The position numbers and the translations under genes were made by a program. 64,000 nt of DNA from Bacillota bacterium (lineage in GTDB: Bacteria; Bacillota; Clostridia; Christensenellales; UBA1242). Below the pieces are notes generated by a model that was not told the origin of the DNA, did no database searches, and worked only from the letters and a program-made list of their open reading frames with translations. This document shows, in pieces, positions 18,243-28,848 of this stretch (position 1 is its first letter; each line of letters opens with the position of its first letter). The stretch is taken from assembly GCA_009787915.1 (NCBI GenBank), contig WQSK01000001.1, forward strand, positions 7,119 through 71,118. The letters are read 5' to 3'.

Positions 18243-20090
18243 ATGAAAAAGAATCGGCGCCCGTCCTACACAAAAGGTATCAAACGCTATGCGGTATATT
18301 TTTTGTTGTCCATGGCGGCGTTAGAGGCGTTGGCACTTTATTTCCCGATTTTGTTACAGCGCGTCACGATTACGGCGGAACAACAATTTATGGCGGAGTC
18401 CACAGACATAGCCCCGTTGGTGTGGCAGTCGCTTTTGGTACTTGGATTCATTGTCGTGATTTTTGCGGTGTTCTTTTTGACAGAGTGGCTTGGTGCAGTT
18501 TATACAAACAAATATTCGGCAAACATAAGGGCGGCGCTTTACCAAAAGTTCAGCAAACTGTCAGGGGAGCAAATCGACAGAATTGGTGTAGCAAAAATTT
18601 TGCCTACTATTATGAACGACACAAACTGGTTACGGACATACCACCGTCGCAAGATATCCATGCTTGTGTTTTTTCCTGTGGCTATTGTTGGGAGTATAAT
18701 CTTTTTGTTTACCCTAAGTTGGATTTACGCAGTGTTTGCGTTGGCAACAATTCCGTTTGTTGGATTGTTTTATTTTTTAAACATCAAAAGAATGGGCAGG
18801 TTCGTTCCACCAAGCGTTGAATCGTATGATGAGATGTACCTCAACATGAAAGAGGGGATAAGAGGCGCGCGTGATATTCGTATATTAGGTAAAGCAGATG
18901 AAAGGGCGCAGGATTTTGAAGGGCACGTTGCCAACAACCGCCGCCAAGCCTTGGCAACAACACGCGGTCATGCGATGAGTACAGGCTTTCATGCGATATT
19001 GTTTACGCTTGTTACGGTTCTTATCATTTTGTTTGCGTCCACTGGCCAACTGACACAGGGTGAATATAGAACCATTGTTTACCTTTCGACCGCTATACAA
19101 TATATCAACCGTATTTGGGCGGGGTCGCACCAAATCTTTGTTTGGTTCCTTGACACAATCCCTAGATGTAAATATACATACAAACGACTTGACGCTTACT
19201 ATGCTATGACCGAGGAAAAAGAACCTTGCGGGCTAAATAGTTTGCCTGTATACAAAAAAAACACGGTCAAGTTAAACAATGTTTCTTATAAGAAACAACT
19301 TTCTTGTGTGAACATTGAGATTCCAGAGGGCAAATTTGTCGGTATCGTCGGAGGTATCGGGAGTGGAAAAAGCATCCTTGGGAGTTTGCTTTTGCAACTT
19401 GACCAGCCAGAGGACGGTCTTATTACATTTAACGAAATTGATATAGCACAGATTAATCCAAGTTTTTGGAGGCGCGATTTTGTAAGTTACTGTCACAACG
19501 CACAAATTATACCTGGGACGATTCGTGATAACTTAAAGATACTTAACCCGTCGCTGACTGATGAACAAATTTTGGATGTGTTCAAAGAACTTGGGGCTAT
19601 GCGTTTTGTAAAACAGTTTGATAATTTCTTGGACTTTGAAATCAAAGACGGGTCTTTGGTTCCCGAGGGTATCAAAAACGTTATCTCTTTGGTAAGAACG
19701 GTTTTGAAACCAGCAAGCCTTTATGTGTTCAACCAATGTTTCGAACACGTTAGGGATTCTTATATACAAAAACTGATAGCGAAACTTAAACGCGAGAAAA
19801 AGACCGCGGTTTTCATGTCGCTTAATGTGACGGTATGTAAAGCGTGTCAACGTCTTTATGTTCTTAAAAATGGTGAAGTTACTGGGCAGGGTACACATGC
19901 GGGGCTTATGAGGTCAAACCCAGGGTATCGCGAGTTCCACGCATCCAACATCGGTACAATGGTTTACGAGGATGATAAAATTGCACAAGAGGTTCCGACA
20001 ACCACGGGCGAGGAGGATACAGTCCAAACGGTAAACCTAACAGAGGAAACCCACGTTCAGGTTTCTGCGGAGGCGGCGGGAAAACTATGA
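18243..20090 (+). CDS. ABC exporter half-transporter (TMD-NBD) with degenerate NBD
   Basis: Six-TM domain. Walker A GGIGSGKS is intact, but the signature position reads LVPEG, Walker B reads LYVFNQ, and the switch His is absent. Confidence 0.85.
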   Translation: MKKNRRPSYTKGIKRYAVYFLLSMAALEALALYFPILLQRVTITAEQQFMAESTDIAPLVWQSLLVLGFIVVIFAVFFLTEWLGAVYTNKYSANIRAALYQKFSKLSGEQIDRIGVAKILPTIMNDTNWLRTYHRRKISMLVFFPVAIVGSIIFLFTLSWIYAVFALATIPFVGLFYFLNIKRMGRFVPPSVESYDEMYLNMKEGIRGARDIRILGKADERAQDFEGHVANNRRQALATTRGHAMSTGFHAILFTLVTVLIILFASTGQLTQGEYRTIVYLSTAIQYINRIWAGSHQIFVWFLDTIPRCKYTYKRLDAYYAMTEEKEPCGLNSLPVYKKNTVKLNNVSYKKQLSCVNIEIPEGKFVGIVGGIGSGKSILGSLLLQLDQPEDGLITFNEIDIAQINPSFWRRDFVSYCHNAQIIPGTIRDNLKILNPSLTDEQILDVFKELGAMRFVKQFDNFLDFEIKDGSLVPEGIKNVISLVRTVLKPASLYVFNQCFEHVRDSYIQKLIAKLKREKKTAVFMSLNVTVCKACQRLYVLKNGEVTGQGTHAGLMRSNPGYREFHASNIGTMVYEDDKIAQEVPTTTGEEDTVQTVNLTEETHVQVSAEAAGKL

Positions 20091-20106
20091 CGAATGTAAT
20101 GAGGAA

Positions 20107-20137
20107 CAAGGTTCTTGAACGTAGTGAGAGGTTCTTA
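20107..20137. repeat. degenerate copy D of the hairpin family
   Basis: CAAGGTTCT TGAACGTAGTGAG AGGTTCTTA sits between the two ABC genes. Flanks are conserved but the inner stem is broken. Confidence 0.45.
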
Positions 20138-21870
20138 TGAAAAATTTATTAAGAATCTTTTCGTTTTTTAGTTTCATGAAGTGGCGCATTATTGCGGTAC
20201 TGATTGTAGGTGCAATCAGTATCATTATGTTTGCGTTCATGCCGACATTTTTGCGGGGTGCTTTTGACACCTTGCGAGGGTGGTTGGGGGATGCAGGGGT
20301 TCCGCTACCACTCCATTCAGTTGTCCAGTATCTAATTATCTTTTTGGTTCTTGCCGTGTTGAATGCGCTGTTTGATATTTTTTGTCAGTTTACGATACTT
20401 AGATGTGAAAACGACATCATGGTCAAAAAGATTACCGAAGTCAAAAGAAAACTTGACACCGTGCCTATATCGTTTTTACAAAAATTCACCGTTGGGGATT
20501 TGTCACGACGGGTTGCGACCTTGACACCTATGATTATCAATAACTTCCTTGTGACATTTTATACAATGGCGCGTGTTGCGGTGTTCTTTATAACTTCGGC
20601 GATTATGATGTTTATGATTAACTGGATACTGGCAATTGTTGTTATTCTTTCAATCCCAATTTGTGTTATTGCTGCACGTCTTATTTCCAAGAAAACCCAA
20701 AAATATTTTAACAACTTCTTTACTGTGGCAAGCACAACATTTACGCACATTGACCAAAAGTTCTCGCTTAAAGAATTTCAGACTATTCATGGTCTTGATG
20801 ACGGAACAAATAGTAAATTCAAAGAAATCAACGCCGACCACGCAAAGTCTATGACCGCCGAGGAAACCGCACTTTCTTTTAACGCCGTGTATATAAGGTT
20901 TATTCAGGATTTTATGACCTTGTTGGTTACGTTCCTGTTTGCTGTGTTGTATGTGACCCAGGCTATACCAACCGAGTTCGGGGTGTTGCCCGCATTTGTT
21001 TTATTTTCAAACAGGTTTTTGGCCAACGCCGTTATTGTTACAACTGCGACAAATCTATTGCAACATATTGTCACCAACGCGCCTAGGGTTTTCGAGATTT
21101 TGGACTTTGAAACAAGTATCACCGAAAAAGAACACATCGAGATACCGCGCATTCGTTCGGCGATTAAGTTCAACAATGTGTCGCTTATGCACGGAGAAAA
21201 AAGAAACCTTGACCGAATTTCGTTTAACATTCCGCAAGGTTCATCCGTTGCATTTGTTGGACCTGCAGGCGGGGGCAAGTCGTATGTCGTTGACCTCTTG
21301 GCCAAGTTGGAAAAACCATCAAGCGGGGCAATAACCGTGGATGGTATAAGTTTGGACGAGATTGAGAGCAGAAGTTACTATAAATGCGTGGGGATTGCTT
21401 TTGAACAGCCGTTTATTTTCCGAGGCACGGTTGCCGAAAACCTGTTGTATGGTATTCGTCGCGAACTCCCTGAAAACGTTATGTCTGTTACAGAAAAACT
21501 TGGAAGTAACGGATTTATTGAGGAACTTGAAAACGGGTATGAAACATTTTTGACAGACAGTACCTCTGTTATTGGGCATGGGCAAAAGCAGGCACTTTGT
21601 GTGGCGCGTTTGATTTTACAAAACCCAGACGTTGCGATATTTCACCAGTCTTTGTCGGCGACCGACCCTGTGACGGAAAAACAGGTCTATGAAAAAATCA
21701 TGAAGCACAAAAAAAATCAGACTACAATTTTTGTTACCCACCGTCTTGCCAGCGCGGAAAATTGTGACATGATTTATTATATGGATAATGGAAAAATCGT
21801 AGAGCACGGAACCCATGCGGAACTTATGGCAATGAAAAAGAAGTATTATAAGGCCTTTACGGGGGAGTAA
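20137..21870 (+). CDS. ABC exporter half-transporter (TMD-NBD)
   Basis: Walker A GPAGGGKS, Q-loop, signature-like IGHGQKQ, Walker B position AIFHQS (D-E replaced by H-Q), switch VTHRL. Confidence 0.85.
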   Translation: MKNLLRIFSFFSFMKWRIIAVLIVGAISIIMFAFMPTFLRGAFDTLRGWLGDAGVPLPLHSVVQYLIIFLVLAVLNALFDIFCQFTILRCENDIMVKKITEVKRKLDTVPISFLQKFTVGDLSRRVATLTPMIINNFLVTFYTMARVAVFFITSAIMMFMINWILAIVVILSIPICVIAARLISKKTQKYFNNFFTVASTTFTHIDQKFSLKEFQTIHGLDDGTNSKFKEINADHAKSMTAEETALSFNAVYIRFIQDFMTLLVTFLFAVLYVTQAIPTEFGVLPAFVLFSNRFLANAVIVTTATNLLQHIVTNAPRVFEILDFETSITEKEHIEIPRIRSAIKFNNVSLMHGEKRNLDRISFNIPQGSSVAFVGPAGGGKSYVVDLLAKLEKPSSGAITVDGISLDEIESRSYYKCVGIAFEQPFIFRGTVAENLLYGIRRELPENVMSVTEKLGSNGFIEELENGYETFLTDSTSVIGHGQKQALCVARLILQNPDVAIFHQSLSATDPVTEKQVYEKIMKHKKNQTTIFVTHRLASAENCDMIYYMDNGKIVEHGTHAELMAMKKKYYKAFTGE

Positions 21871-21974
21871 TTTGTGTCAAAATTTGCATTAATTTTTGTG
21901 CGAAAAAGTGCCAAAACCCTTGTCATTTTTACCCCTGTGTGTTATAGTCAGTAACTAACGGAGGTGCACTTTAA

Positions 21975-23885
21975 GTGGCAAAAACAAATACTGAATACAA
22001 AGCATCAGACATTCAGGTCTTGGAAGGTCTTGACCCTGTTCGCAAGCGTCCTGGTATGTATATCGGGAGCACGGACGAGCGTGGTCTTCACCACCTTATC
22101 GTAGAGTTGGTCGACAACTGTGTTGATGAAGCATTGGCGGGATATTGTGATGTTATTACTGTTTCGATTTTGAAAGATGGTTCCGTAAACGTTACCGATA
22201 ATGGTCGCGGTATTCCTGTGGGTATTCACCCGACGGAAAAAGTTTCCAGTGTCGAGGTTGTTCTTACAAAACTCCACGCAGGCGGCAAGTTCGGCGGAAG
22301 CGGTTATAAAATCTCTGGTGGTTTGCATGGTGTTGGTGTTTCTGTTGTTAATGCGCTCTCTGAATGGCTGGATGTCGAAGTTTGGCAAGACGGAAAAGCC
22401 CACAAAATGACGTTCAACCGTGGTATTCCTCAGCGTCCGTTGGCGGAAACAGGTAAAACAAGCAAGCGCGGGACAAGTGTCACCTTTATGCCTGATTCTG
22501 ATATCTTTGATACAGTTGACTTTAACTATGACCAAATGCGCGGAAGGCTCCGTGAAGTTGCGTTTCTTAATAAGGGGCTTAGGGTTATTGCTTCTGACGC
22601 ACGACCAGGACGTGAGAGAAAAGACGAGTTCTGCTTTAAAGGCGGTATCGTTGAATATGTCGAGTACCTTAACCGTAACAAAGAACTTGTTTTGGCACAG
22701 ACAATTTATATGCAGAAAAAAGGCAACGACACCGAGGTTGAAATTGCTTTTGGTTACAATGATGGATACGGTGAAAACATTCATACCTATGCAAACAATA
22801 TCAATACCGAGGAGGGCGGGGTTCACCTCATTGGTTTCCGAAACGCACTTAACAAAATTGTTAATGAGTACGGGAAAAAAGCAAACTTGTTAAAAGACAG
22901 TGATAAGTTAAGTATTGACGATACCCTTGAAGGTATTTGTGCGGTTATTTCGGTTAAACTTAGAAACCCGCAGTTCGAGGGGCAAACAAAAACAAAACTT
23001 GGAAACAGTTTCATGCGTGCAGAGGTCGAACACGCAATGCAAGAAAACTTTACAACGTTTTTGGAGGAAAATCCAAAACAAGCAAAAGAACTTATCAACA
23101 AGTTTATCGTCGCGCGTAATGCACGTGATGCCGCGCGTAATGCCAAAGACCTTATCCGCAGAAAATCGGTTTTGGAAACAACGACTTTGCCAGGCAAGTT
23201 GGCGGATTGTACAGAAAGAAAAGCAGAACTTTGCGAGATATATATTGTTGAGGGGGAGTCTGCTGGTGGTACCGCAAAACAAGGTCGTAACCGTCGCTTC
23301 CAAGCCATTCTGCCACTTAAGGGTAAAATTTTGAACGTTGAAAAAGCACGCCTTGGTCGTGTTTTGGAAAACGCCGAGATTAAAAACATGATTACGGCTT
23401 TTGGTTGTGGAATCCAAGAGGATTTTGAACTTAGCAAATTGCGTTACGGCAAAATCATATGTATGACCGATGCTGACGTTGACGGTTCACACATTCGTAT
23501 ATTGTTGCTTACGTTCTTTTATCGTTTCATGCGACCGCTTATTGAAAATGGCCATGTCTATATTGCACAACCACCATTGTTCAAAGTATCACGCGGGAAA
23601 AGTGAACAATATTTTTACTCAGACGCCGAGTTGGACAAACACTTTGCCAAGAATTCAAAAAGCGGTTGTACTATTCAACGCTATAAGGGTCTTGGTGAGA
23701 TGAATGCCGAGCAACTTTGGACAACAACAATGTCGCCTGAAAATCGTACTTTGTTACAGGTCAACATGGAAGATGCGTTTATGGCTGATGAAATATTTAC
23801 AACACTTATGGGTGAAAAGCCTGAACTTCGTCGTGACTTTATTAACGAGCACGCCGCCAAGTACACAGGCAAGGTGGATGTATAA
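21975..23885 (+). CDS. gyrB: DNA gyrase subunit B
   Basis: GGAGG RBS and GTG start. YKASDIQVLEGLDPVRKRPGMYIGS, EGESAGG, PLKGKILNVEKA. Confidence 0.97.
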   Translation: MAKTNTEYKASDIQVLEGLDPVRKRPGMYIGSTDERGLHHLIVELVDNCVDEALAGYCDVITVSILKDGSVNVTDNGRGIPVGIHPTEKVSSVEVVLTKLHAGGKFGGSGYKISGGLHGVGVSVVNALSEWLDVEVWQDGKAHKMTFNRGIPQRPLAETGKTSKRGTSVTFMPDSDIFDTVDFNYDQMRGRLREVAFLNKGLRVIASDARPGRERKDEFCFKGGIVEYVEYLNRNKELVLAQTIYMQKKGNDTEVEIAFGYNDGYGENIHTYANNINTEEGGVHLIGFRNALNKIVNEYGKKANLLKDSDKLSIDDTLEGICAVISVKLRNPQFEGQTKTKLGNSFMRAEVEHAMQENFTTFLEENPKQAKELINKFIVARNARDAARNAKDLIRRKSVLETTTLPGKLADCTERKAELCEIYIVEGESAGGTAKQGRNRRFQAILPLKGKILNVEKARLGRVLENAEIKNMITAFGCGIQEDFELSKLRYGKIICMTDADVDGSHIRILLLTFFYRFMRPLIENGHVYIAQPPLFKVSRGKSEQYFYSDAELDKHFAKNSKSGCTIQRYKGLGEMNAEQLWTTTMSPENRTLLQVNMEDAFMADEIFTTLMGEKPELRRDFINEHAAKYTGKVDV

Positions 23886-23897
23886 GGAGATAGGGAT

Positions 23898-26438
23898 ATG
23901 AGTGATATGGATAAAGAAAACGAAGAAATTAAACCTGTTAAAAACAGTAAAGAACCTGAACCCGTCGTGGACAATACTCGCATTATCAAAGTGCGGATTG
24001 AAGACGAGGTCAAGGACTCTTTCATGTTGTATGCGATGATGGTTAATATGTCGCGTGCTATTCCAGATGCGCGTGATGGTCTGAAACCTGTTCACCGTCG
24101 TATTTTGTACGCGATGCACGAACTTAATATCACCAGTGACAAGCCCCACAAAAAATCCGCCCGTATCGTTGGTGAAACAATGGGTAAATATCACCCGCAT
24201 GGTGATAGTGCGATTTATGACTCTTTGGTTCGTATGGCACAACCTTGGTCTATGTCGGAAATCCTTATTGATGGTCATGGTAACTTTGGTTCGATTGACG
24301 ATGACCCTCCTGCTGCTATGCGTTATACCGAGGCCCGCCTAAGCCAAATCTCGAACGAACTCTTGCGCGAGATTGACAAAAACACGGTTGACTTTAAACC
24401 GAACTTTGACGAGTCCGAAGAAGAGCCAACAGTTCTTCCTGCGCGTTACCCAAACCTTTTGGTCAACGGGGCAGAGGGTATCGCGGTTGGTATGGCAACA
24501 AGTATTCCTCCGCACAACATCACCGAAGTTATCAACGGTGTTATTGCTGTTATTGATGATGAGGAAGTTTCTATTGATGCACTTACAAAAATTATACCTG
24601 CACCTGATTTCCCGACTGGTGGTATTATTATGGGGCGTCAGGCAATCAAGCACGCCTATAAGACAGGTCGCGGCGGTGTGGTAATTCGTGCAAAAGCAGA
24701 TATTGAACAAGACGCAAACGGTAAACAACGTATTGTTATCACAGAGATTCCGTTCCAAGTTGTGAAAAGTACACTTATTAAAAACATCGCAGATATTGCG
24801 GTTGGTAAAGACAAAAAAATCGAGGGCGTCACAGATGTTCATGAACAATCTGACCGTGATGGCTTGCGTATCGTTATTGACCTTAAACGCGAGGCTCAGG
24901 CCGCTGTTGTTTTAAACCAACTTTACAAACACACACAAATGCAGACTTCTATTGGTATTACGTTTTTGGCGCTTGTTAATAATACTCCGAAATATTTGAA
25001 CCTTAAAGAAATGCTCGTGCATTACCTTGAACACCAAAAAGAAGTTATCATGCGACGAACAAAATTTGACCTTGATGCCGCGGAAGCGCGCGCACATATT
25101 TTGGAAGGTTTGGTTATTGCGCTTGCAAACATTGATGAGGTTATCAAAATTATCAAGTCCGCAGATGACCGTCACGATGCTCAAGAAAAATTGATGAAGA
25201 AGTTTATCTTGTCGGAAAAACAATCCAGTGCGATTTTGGATATGCGTTTGCATCGTTTGGCGAAACTCGAGGTCGACAAAATAAAAAAAGAACTTGCTGA
25301 ACTTAAACTTCTTATCGCGGATTTAAAGTCTATTCTTTCTTCGCCAAAACGTGTTCTCGAGATTATCAAAAACGAACTTATTGAAATCCGTGAAAAATAT
25401 GGACATGACCGCAGAACTGAACTTGTTCATGACTTTGGCGAAATCGAAATTGCCGACCTTATTGAAAAAGAAGACGTTGTTGTTTCAATGTCGCACTATG
25501 GTTATATCAAACGCCTTCCGTTGGCCGAGTACAAGGCTCAACGTCGCGGTGGTCGTGGTTCAAACACGCATACTACAAAAGAAGAAGACTTTGTTGAAAA
25601 CCTTTTTGTTACAAATACTCATCATGATTTGATGTTCTTTACAAACGTGGGTAAAGTTTACTGTATCAAAGCCTATGAAGTTCCAGAGGCCGCGAAAGCA
25701 ACAAAGGGCCGCGCGATTGTGAACCTTTTGCAAATTGACACAAACCCTGATGCCGAACAAAAAGAACGTGTCACCGCCGTTATCCCGATTGAGAATTTTG
25801 ATAATGGGCACCTTATGATGGCGACGGCAGACGGTCTTATCAAAAAGACAGCGATTTCTGAATTCAAAAAAATCCGCCGTGTTGGTAAAGCCGCGATTAC
25901 GCTTAAAGACGGGGATGAGTTGATTTCTGTGCAACTTACAAGCGGTCGTGATGAAATATTGATGGCTGCGTCAAGTGGTAAATGTATTCGTTTCAGTGAG
26001 GAAGATGTCCGCAACATGGGTCGTACAGCGAGTGGTGTTAAATCTATTAAACTCGATGACGACGGCAAAGACAAAGTTGTTGACATGACGGTGCTTATGC
26101 CAGGTTATGAAATTTTGACGGTTTCGCAAAACGGTTATGGCAAACGGAGTGATGTCGAGGACTATCGCCTCCAAAGCCGTGCAGGAAAAGGTGTTAAGGC
26201 GGGTATCTTTAATGAAAAAACAGGGATGCTTGTCAACCTTAAACAGGTTAAACCAGAACAGGATGTTATGCTTATCAGTGACTGTGGGACAATTATCCGT
26301 ACCCGTGCGCGTGAGATTTCAAAAATCAGCCGTGACACCCAAGGTGTTCGCATCATGAAAGTCGCAGGGGATGCAAAAGTTGTTTGCGTCGCAATCGCCC
26401 AAGCCGAACAAGAGGACGGCGAAGGCGCAACGGAATAA
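23898..26438 (+). CDS. gyrA: DNA gyrase subunit A
   Basis: [35 protein letters not shown]-terminal beta-pinwheel repeats. Confidence 0.97.
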   Translation: MSDMDKENEEIKPVKNSKEPEPVVDNTRIIKVRIEDEVKDSFMLYAMMVNMSRAIPDARDGLKPVHRRILYAMHELNITSDKPHKKSARIVGETMGKYHPHGDSAIYDSLVRMAQPWSMSEILIDGHGNFGSIDDDPPAAMRYTEARLSQISNELLREIDKNTVDFKPNFDESEEEPTVLPARYPNLLVNGAEGIAVGMATSIPPHNITEVINGVIAVIDDEEVSIDALTKIIPAPDFPTGGIIMGRQAIKHAYKTGRGGVVIRAKADIEQDANGKQRIVITEIPFQVVKSTLIKNIADIAVGKDKKIEGVTDVHEQSDRDGLRIVIDLKREAQAAVVLNQLYKHTQMQTSIGITFLALVNNTPKYLNLKEMLVHYLEHQKEVIMRRTKFDLDAAEARAHILEGLVIALANIDEVIKIIKSADDRHDAQEKLMKKFILSEKQSSAILDMRLHRLAKLEVDKIKKELAELKLLIADLKSILSSPKRVLEIIKNELIEIREKYGHDRRTELVHDFGEIEIADLIEKEDVVVSMSHYGYIKRLPLAEYKAQRRGGRGSNTHTTKEEDFVENLFVTNTHHDLMFFTNVGKVYCIKAYEVPEAAKATKGRAIVNLLQIDTNPDAEQKERVTAVIPIENFDNGHLMMATADGLIKKTAISEFKKIRRVGKAAITLKDGDELISVQLTSGRDEILMAASSGKCIRFSEEDVRNMGRTASGVKSIKLDDDGKDKVVDMTVLMPGYEILTVSQNGYGKRSDVEDYRLQSRAGKGVKAGIFNEKTGMLVNLKQVKPEQDVMLISDCGTIIRTRAREISKISRDTQGVRIMKVAGDAKVVCVAIAQAEQEDGEGATE

Positions 26439-26456
26439 AAATCTCCTTAAATTTGT

Positions 26457-27380
26457 TTGAGTTTTACCCCCCCCCATGCTATAACTGGGGCAGTGTTCTT
26501 TGTGCTCATCGCCATAATGGTTTTGGCGTTTACGGCGGAGGGCCTGCTTTGGAAATCGAACAAAAGAGATAAGTACACATCAATGCTTGGTATCTCGGTT
26601 TGGTCGTCAATCGCAGGTATTGTTTTTGGTGCAATCTGGACCGCAATTGACCCAAGCATTTGGCACGACGTCACTTGGCGTCAGGTAGGTTTGACTTTTG
26701 TTATAAGTATCTTTATGTCGGTGCGATTGTTTTCATGGCTTGGGGTTTTGAAACGCATGCACATTTCAATCGCCGAGCCATTGTCGTTATTGCCGATTGT
26801 TGTAATTGTTCCGCTCTCGTGGTGGTTGTTTGGTGGGACACTTATATGGATAGAGATAACTCTGCTGGTCGTAATATTGTTGTTTGGTTCAAAGTTTGGT
26901 TACTTTCAAACAAAACACGAGATTTCAAACTGTGAATGTGGCAAGTTCAAAAAAGGTTTGCTGTTTTTGGTGCTTTGGGCATCGGCGGCAATACCGTCAG
27001 ATTTGTTAATACAATACGTATCGGAATCGGGTCTAAGCCCAGGTGCATACCAGTTAATGCGCAGGTCAATGATTACCGCCATTGTTGGGGTTGCGCTTTT
27101 TGCATTTAACCGAAAAAAGTTTAAACCCGCGTTATTGACAGGGCTCAAGTGTCCAAACTTTGCCCTTATTGCGGTCACATCCGTAATCGGTGGGGCAACG
27201 TATTTTGCACTCGCAGGAACCATGAATGTTGGTGTTTTGAACGCAATCAATGTGGCGACCACCGTGTTAATTGTACTTGGCGGGGCGTTATTTTTCCGTG
27301 AACGCCTCAGATGGTACAACTATATTTTTGTTTCGATAATCCTAGGCAGTATTGTGGCTTTGAGCATAGTTGGGTCTTGA
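26457..27380 (+). CDS. multi-pass membrane protein (DMT/EamA-like?); start uncertain
   Basis: About 10 hydrophobic helices. The 5' end contains a C9 homopolymer (26467-26475). An alternative in-frame ATG lies about 60 nt downstream. Confidence 0.5.
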   Translation: MSFTPPHAITGAVFFVLIAIMVLAFTAEGLLWKSNKRDKYTSMLGISVWSSIAGIVFGAIWTAIDPSIWHDVTWRQVGLTFVISIFMSVRLFSWLGVLKRMHISIAEPLSLLPIVVIVPLSWWLFGGTLIWIEITLLVVILLFGSKFGYFQTKHEISNCECGKFKKGLLFLVLWASAAIPSDLLIQYVSESGLSPGAYQLMRRSMITAIVGVALFAFNRKKFKPALLTGLKCPNFALIAVTSVIGGATYFALAGTMNVGVLNAINVATTVLIVLGGALFFRERLRWYNYIFVSIILGSIVALSIVGS

Positions 27381-27413
27381 TTTTTGCCGTGACTTGTGAT
27401 ATAGTCAATCAAA

Positions 27414-28124
27414 ATGGCAACACCTAAAATGACAAAGAGGCTTCATGTATATTACCTCAAGTGGGGAACTTTTGTGGACCTTTGGGAAAAAGATTACACG
27501 CTTGCGAATTCTGCGAACGATACCGCCAAGAATCATGGACTGACATTAGAGGGATTTATAGAAAATGCGTTGCAAAAATTCGGAATCAAAGTCGGGCATA
27601 TCACAACGGGTATGGAGCGTCGGGCACGTGAGGCGCGATTGAATATGAAAGTGGATTTGATTGGAAAGGATACCACTAAGTTAAGGAGTGACAACAAAAA
27701 ACTGTATCAACGCGTTGAAAATCACCGAAAGAAAGAACGTAAGAAAACCAGCGCAAGCATTGGGATATCCGATTTTTATACCGCGCAAACAGGAAAGGTG
27801 TACAAGCCTGAACTTGCCGAGAAAAAGAAATGTAATGCAACGCATAACTCCAGTCACTGGCGACACCTCAAAGCCGAAAAAGAGTTGCGTGCCAAGTTGT
27901 TTACTTTTTTCGATAGGAACAATCAAACATTTGACGGGATGTTTGGGAAAGACAAAAATTTGTACAAAACTGTTGGTAATAGGGCGAGGTATTTTTGCGA
28001 ACCAAAAGTTTATCTGGCACAACTGGCGGAGGAGTTTAGGGCATTCAACAATGCGGTTGCGTCTATACCCACCGACATAACGTTTAGCAGGTTATTCAAG
28101 GGTTCACTTGAAATGGACAGATAA
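27414..28124 (+). CDS. hypothetical basic protein
   Basis: ORF preceded by TGaTATAGT (27400-27405) 8 nt upstream. No recognised family. Confidence 0.5.
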   Translation: MATPKMTKRLHVYYLKWGTFVDLWEKDYTLANSANDTAKNHGLTLEGFIENALQKFGIKVGHITTGMERRAREARLNMKVDLIGKDTTKLRSDNKKLYQRVENHRKKERKKTSASIGISDFYTAQTGKVYKPELAEKKKCNATHNSSHWRHLKAEKELRAKLFTFFDRNNQTFDGMFGKDKNLYKTVGNRARYFCEPKVYLAQLAEEFRAFNNAVASIPTDITFSRLFKGSLEMDR

Positions 28125-28127
28125 TAC

Positions 28128-28156
28128 TTGACTTATATATAAGAATGTGTTATATG
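28128..28156 (+). promoter_or_regulatory. rpsL promoter placed for a leaderless transcript
   Basis: TTGACT (28128-33), 17-nt spacer, TGtTATATG (-10 at 28151-56), then 7 nt to ATG 28164 with no SD. Confidence 0.6.
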
Positions 28157-28163
28157 TATCTTT

Positions 28164-28538
28164 ATGCCAACAGTAAATCAACTTGTAAAAGGTGGGCGCA
28201 AGCCAAGGACTTTTAAATCAAAGTCCCCTATTTTGGACAGCAACCCACAAAGACGTGGTGTTTGTATCCAGGTCAAAACAATGACACCGAAGAAACCGAA
28301 CTCGGCTCTTAGGAAAGTTGCCCGTGTGCGTTTGTCGAACAAACAGGAAGGTACCTGCTATATCGGCGGTATCGGACACAACCTGCAAGAGCACAGTGTT
28401 GTCCTTGTTCGTGGCGGTAGGGTTAAGGACTTGCCAGGTGTTCGTTATCACATTGTGCGTGGTACTCTTGATGCAGGTGGTGTTGCGAAACGCAAACAAG
28501 CCCGTTCAAAGTACGGCGCGAAAAGGGATAAAAAATAA
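28164..28538 (+). CDS. rpsL: 30S ribosomal protein S12
   Basis: [13 protein letters not shown]...[18 protein letters not shown]. Confidence 0.97.
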   Translation: MPTVNQLVKGGRKPRTFKSKSPILDSNPQRRGVCIQVKTMTPKKPNSALRKVARVRLSNKQEGTCYIGGIGHNLQEHSVVLVRGGRVKDLPGVRYHIVRGTLDAGGVAKRKQARSKYGAKRDKK

Positions 28539-28792
28539 TGGATGCAGGCGATATTAAATTGACTCACTTTGGTGATGGTTGGGCTCAGATTCCCAAAAAG
28601 ACCACAATTACTGATAAGGAACTTGAGGAATATTTCCAGAGTTTGTCGCCAGATAAGGCTCAGCAAATGCTTGAAAAGATTACAAAAATCGTTTCAAAGA
28701 AATTTGGTCCGTCGATGGGACGTAGCCCACAAGAGGGATATGAGAAAGCACTCGGCAGAGAGCGCAAACCAGCACAAATGAGTGAGGCTTAA
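28538..28792 (+). CDS. hypothetical 84-aa protein inserted between rpsL and rpsG
   Basis: ATG overlaps the rpsL stop (TAATG). Helical, charged sequence. No recognised family. Confidence 0.45.
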   Translation: MDAGDIKLTHFGDGWAQIPKKTTITDKELEEYFQSLSPDKAQQMLEKITKIVSKKFGPSMGRSPQEGYEKALGRERKPAQMSEA

Positions 28793-28848
28793 AACAAAAT
28801 ATAGTACCCGATAGGCAGGGGAAGTAAGAAAAAAAGGAGAAATTAAAA

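Noticed and set aside
18164-18820. 218-aa + strand ORF overlapping the 5' half of the first ABC gene in another frame.
   Set aside because: The 18243 frame gives a coherent six-TM ABC exporter domain. The alternative frame is Cys/Gly/Val-rich with no features.
21871-21974. Chromosomal origin near gyrB-gyrA, or at the 11-bp repeat array.
   Set aside because: There is no dnaA or dnaN here. I found only one TTATCCACA-like box, inside hisS coding sequence near 9436. The 11-mers do not resemble DnaA boxes.
22005-22826. 273-aa ORF antisense to gyrB. Similar long antisense or off-frame ORFs occur at 3266-3814, 14362-14883, 22823-23437, 23754-24278, 42488-43060, 43508-44134, 45650-46369 and 46759-47511, among others.
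   Set aside because: They lie opposite or out of frame to strongly recognisable conserved genes (gyrB, gyrA, uvrA, uvrB, the MORN gene). Their translations are low-complexity and have no motifs. They are typical shadow ORFs.
28569-28781. Alternative 70-aa Arg-rich ORF between rpsL and rpsG.
   Set aside because: It is out of frame with the ORF coupled to the rpsL stop, has no start context, and has an implausible Arg/Leu-rich composition.
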